DNA from: Eledone cirrhosa
Taxonomy: Eukaryota
Reading direction: 5' to 3'
Length of the DNA: 64,000 bases
Assembly: GCA_964016885.1 (NCBI GenBank)
Contig: CAXHJY010001703.1
Location: 1 to 64,000 of the forward strand
Part shown: positions 57,861 through 64,000 of the stretch, piece by piece
Position numbering within the stretch: the stretch's first letter is position 1
Layout: each line of letters starts with the position of its first letter
Made by a program: the position numbers and the translations under genes
Notes under the pieces: model-generated
Database searches by the model: none
Told to the model about the DNA's origin: nothing
Seen by the model: only the letters and a program-made list of their open reading frames with translations

Positions 57861-57905
57861 AGTCACTGAAGAGGTCACAGAGTGTGTGACGAAAGAACTA
57901 TGACT
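57861..57905 (+). ncRNA. Putative minimal type-I hammerhead ribozyme in the Penelope 3' UTR
   Basis: AGTCA-CTGAAGA-gGTCAC agagtgt GTGAC-GAAA-gaac-TA-TGACT: perfect stem I and stem II with an intact core. Confidence 0.75.
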
Positions 57906-58518
57906 ATATATAAACAACTATCTGGTTGTGGAACCAACCAACCAACCAGAAATTTATAAATTTATAAATATATAATAAATTGAAGTGAAAGCAACTGGTG
58001 CGTGTGTTTCTTATTGGCAACATGACCCTCCCAAAGTATAACAATATATATATATATATATATACATATATACATATCACAATATATATACATATATAAA
58101 TATCACAATATATATACATATATACATATCACAATATATATACATATATACATATCACAATATATATACATATATACATATCACAATATATATACAGATA
58201 TACATATCACAATATATATACATATATACATATCACAATATATATACATATATACATATCACAATATATATACATATATACATATCACAATATATATACA
58301 TATATACATATCACAATATATATACATATATACATATCACAATATATATACATATATACATATCACAATATATATATATATATATATATACATACATATA
58401 AATATATACATATATATATATATACATATCACAATATATATATATATATATACACATACATATCACAATATATAAATATATATATACATACATATCACAA
58501 TATATAAATATATATATA

Positions 58519-58611
58519 CATGGAGCATTGCTGTTCGTATGCAGGCATCGTACAACCTGCCTTTCATTTTTAGGGAGAACCCTTTAGCAGCTAATAGTGG
58601 TATAAGCTCTC
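58519..58611 (-). mobile_element. 93-nt inverted fragment of the RTE LINE
   Basis: Reverse complement of 59926-60018 with 1 mismatch. Confidence 0.9.
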
Positions 58612-58613
58612 GT

Positions 58614-58961
58614 GGAGGCACATGGCTTAGTGGTTAGAGCATTGGCCTTGCAATCGAAAGGTTGTGAGTTCAATTCTCAGACCGGGTGATGTGTTGTTTC
58701 CTTGAGCAAGACACTTTATTTTCACATTGCTCCAGTTTACTCAGCTGTAGAAATGAGATGATAGGGACTGGGGTCCCTATCATTCCACTGCAAAGTGGTC
58801 GTGGAGGTGCCACGGCAAAAAAGTACCCAGCACTCACTGTAAATGAGGTTGGTGTTAGGAAGGGCATCCAGCTGTAGAAATCAAGCCAGAATCAGTTCCC
58901 GTCCCACCCTTGCAAGCAGGGAAAAATGGACGTAAAATGAAATGATGATGATGATGATGAT
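58614..58961 (+). mobile_element. tRNA-derived SINE family A
   Basis: Near-identical to 9382-9736, with a (GAT)n tail. Confidence 0.9.
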
Positions 58962-59028
58962 ACATATCACAATATATAAATATATATACATACATATCAC
59001 AATATATAAATATATATAAATATATATA

Positions 59029-60775
59029 AAGTAATAGGGCAACTAATCAGAGAGAGAATTGATCTAGATGAAATGCAGTTCGGGTTTGTGTCAGGCAAAA
59101 GTACCACAGACGCTCTTTTCATAGTACGACAACTACAGGAGAAGTACCTAGCTAAAGGTAAACCCCTCTACTTAGCTTTTGTCGACTTGGAGAAAGCCTT
59201 CGACAGAGTCCCCTGCACCATTATCTAGTGGGCTCTTAGAAAACTAGGCGTTGACGAATGGCTTGTGAGGGCTATACAAGCCATGTATTAAGAAACAGTC
59301 AGCAAGGTTAGAATTAACAACGAATATAGTGAAGAGTTTAGCGTAAAAGTTGGCGTCCATCAGGGCTCTGTTCTCAGCCCCCTACTATTTATTATTGCCC
59401 TTCAGGCTATAACAGAGGAGTTCAAGACAGGCTGCCCATTGGAACTCCTATACGCAGACGACCTGACACTCATAGCGGAATCAATGGCCGAGCTAGAGAA
59501 GAAATTCCAAACATGGAAGCACGGCCTAGAGTCAAAAGGACTTAAAATTAACCTGGCTAAGACCAAAGTTCTAGTTTGTAGGAAAGAAAACAAGGTGGCG
59601 GTCCCTTCTGGGAAATGGTCGTGCTCGGTGTGTAGGAAAGGCGTAGGTAGAAACTCCATTTTATGTCCTAAATGCAAAGTATGGGTGCATAAAAGATGTA
59701 GTGGGATCACAGGTAAGCTAACTAAGAACATAGATTTTACATGTGGCCGGTGTTCTGGTGCAATAAGTAGCAGCAAGTGCCCACAAAATACTAGCTCTTT
59801 CAATTGCGCAGAGGGTTCTATAGAAATAGTGGACAGCTTCCGTTACCTGGGCGATAAAATCAGCAGTGGGGGAGGGTGCTCTGAAAGTACTGTAGCTAGA
59901 GTCAGAACTGGTTGGAAAAAGTTCAGAGAGCTTATACCACTATTAGCTGCTAAAGGGTTCTCCCTAAAAATGAAAGGCAGGTTGTACGATGCCTGCATAC
60001 GAACAGCAATGCTGCATGGCAGTGAGACCTGGGCATTGTGTGCAGAGGATATACGCAGACTAGAGAGGAACGAAGCTTGCATGCTCCGCTGGATGTGTAA
60101 CAGTAATATACGTGAACGGCAAAGCATAAACGAACTAAGGAAAAAATTAGAGATAAGAGGGATCAGATGTTGTTTACTCGAGAGAAGGCTACGTTGGTAT
60201 GGACACGTGATGCGCATGAAAGTCGATAGCTGTATAACAAAGTGCAGGGCAATAAAGATAGACGGTAGTCACGGAATAGGCAGACCTAGAAAAACCTGGG
60301 ACGAGCTGATAAACTCCGACATCACACACTTACACCTCTCCAAGACAATGTCACTGGACCGAGACCTTTGGCGGTACTCAGTAACAGAGAAGACCCGCCT
60401 TACCTAAATATATAGTAAAACATACTCCAGCCAGTAGGCATCTCTAACAAAATACACCCCCCCCCCACCCCATTCTATGTAAAGTTATGTTGGTGCCGCG
60501 CCATCCAGGCCAAAACAAATGAGATCGTGTAGGTGTCACGACAAAAAAACACACATTCCACGCTGTAATGTGGCCGTGTAGGCAACACGGTAAAAACCTC
60601 CCAGACCCACACTGTAAATGTGGTTGGTGTTAGGAAGGGCGTCCAACTGTAGAAAAACCTGCCAGACAGTCCTATGCGAGCAAGACAATCACTCTTGCCT
60701 CAAGTGGGACTACCCCCATCCAAACCCATGCAAGCGTGGAACACGGACGTTAAACGTTGATGATGATGATGATGA
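59029..60775 (+). mobile_element. 5'-truncated RTE-like LINE (RT + Cys/His finger + C-terminus, 3' UTR, (GAT)n)
   Basis: QFGFV.GKSTTDA, FVDLEKAFDRV, GVHQGSVLSPLLF, LLYADDL, RRLRWYGHVMR, GRPRKTW. Two in-frame stops at about 59226 and 59289; ORF 59439-60407. Confidence 0.93.
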
Positions 60776-60777
60776 AG

Positions 60778-64000
<3,223 letters not shown>

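Larger units (their letters stand above)
56087..58047 (+). mobile_element. 5'-truncated Penelope-like retroelement (RT + Zn-finger linker + C-terminal GIY-YIG endonuclease; Neptune/Nematis-like)
   Basis: RT motifs [29 protein letters not shown]; CxxxxCxxC linker (CIDKKCITC); GIY-YIG motifs NVVYSIRC...YIGET...RINEH...ITEA...LNRK. 3' UTR contains a hammerhead. Inserted in a TA-based satellite. Confidence 0.93.

Overview
AT-rich eukaryotic (animal) genomic DNA, mostly intronic or intergenic. The SINE/LINE repertoire and very large (TA)n-derived arrays suggest a coleoid cephalopod such as Octopus (inference). The only host gene I can support is KIFAP3/KAP3 (kinesin-II accessory subunit) on the minus strand, with two clean exons at 4628-4759 and 2945-3099. 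The rest is tRNA-derived SINEs, RTE-like LINE fragments, a Tc1/mariner deletion derivative, MITEs, kilobase-scale compound microsatellites, a GGT minisatellite, and a 5'-truncated Penelope-like element (RT + GIY-YIG, 56087-58047). The most striking pattern is a set of about 9 non-coding fold-back insertions from several sequence families that sit in microsatellites. Most share one architecture: a short inverted arm ending at a fixed point, a variable junction, and a long arm carrying a minimal type-I hammerhead-ribozyme motif plus a 40-140 nt unpaired tail. One of them is identical over 53 bp to the 3' end of the Penelope element, linking them to Penelope-type retrotransposition. Nearly all long ORFs in the ORF track are microsatellite artefacts.
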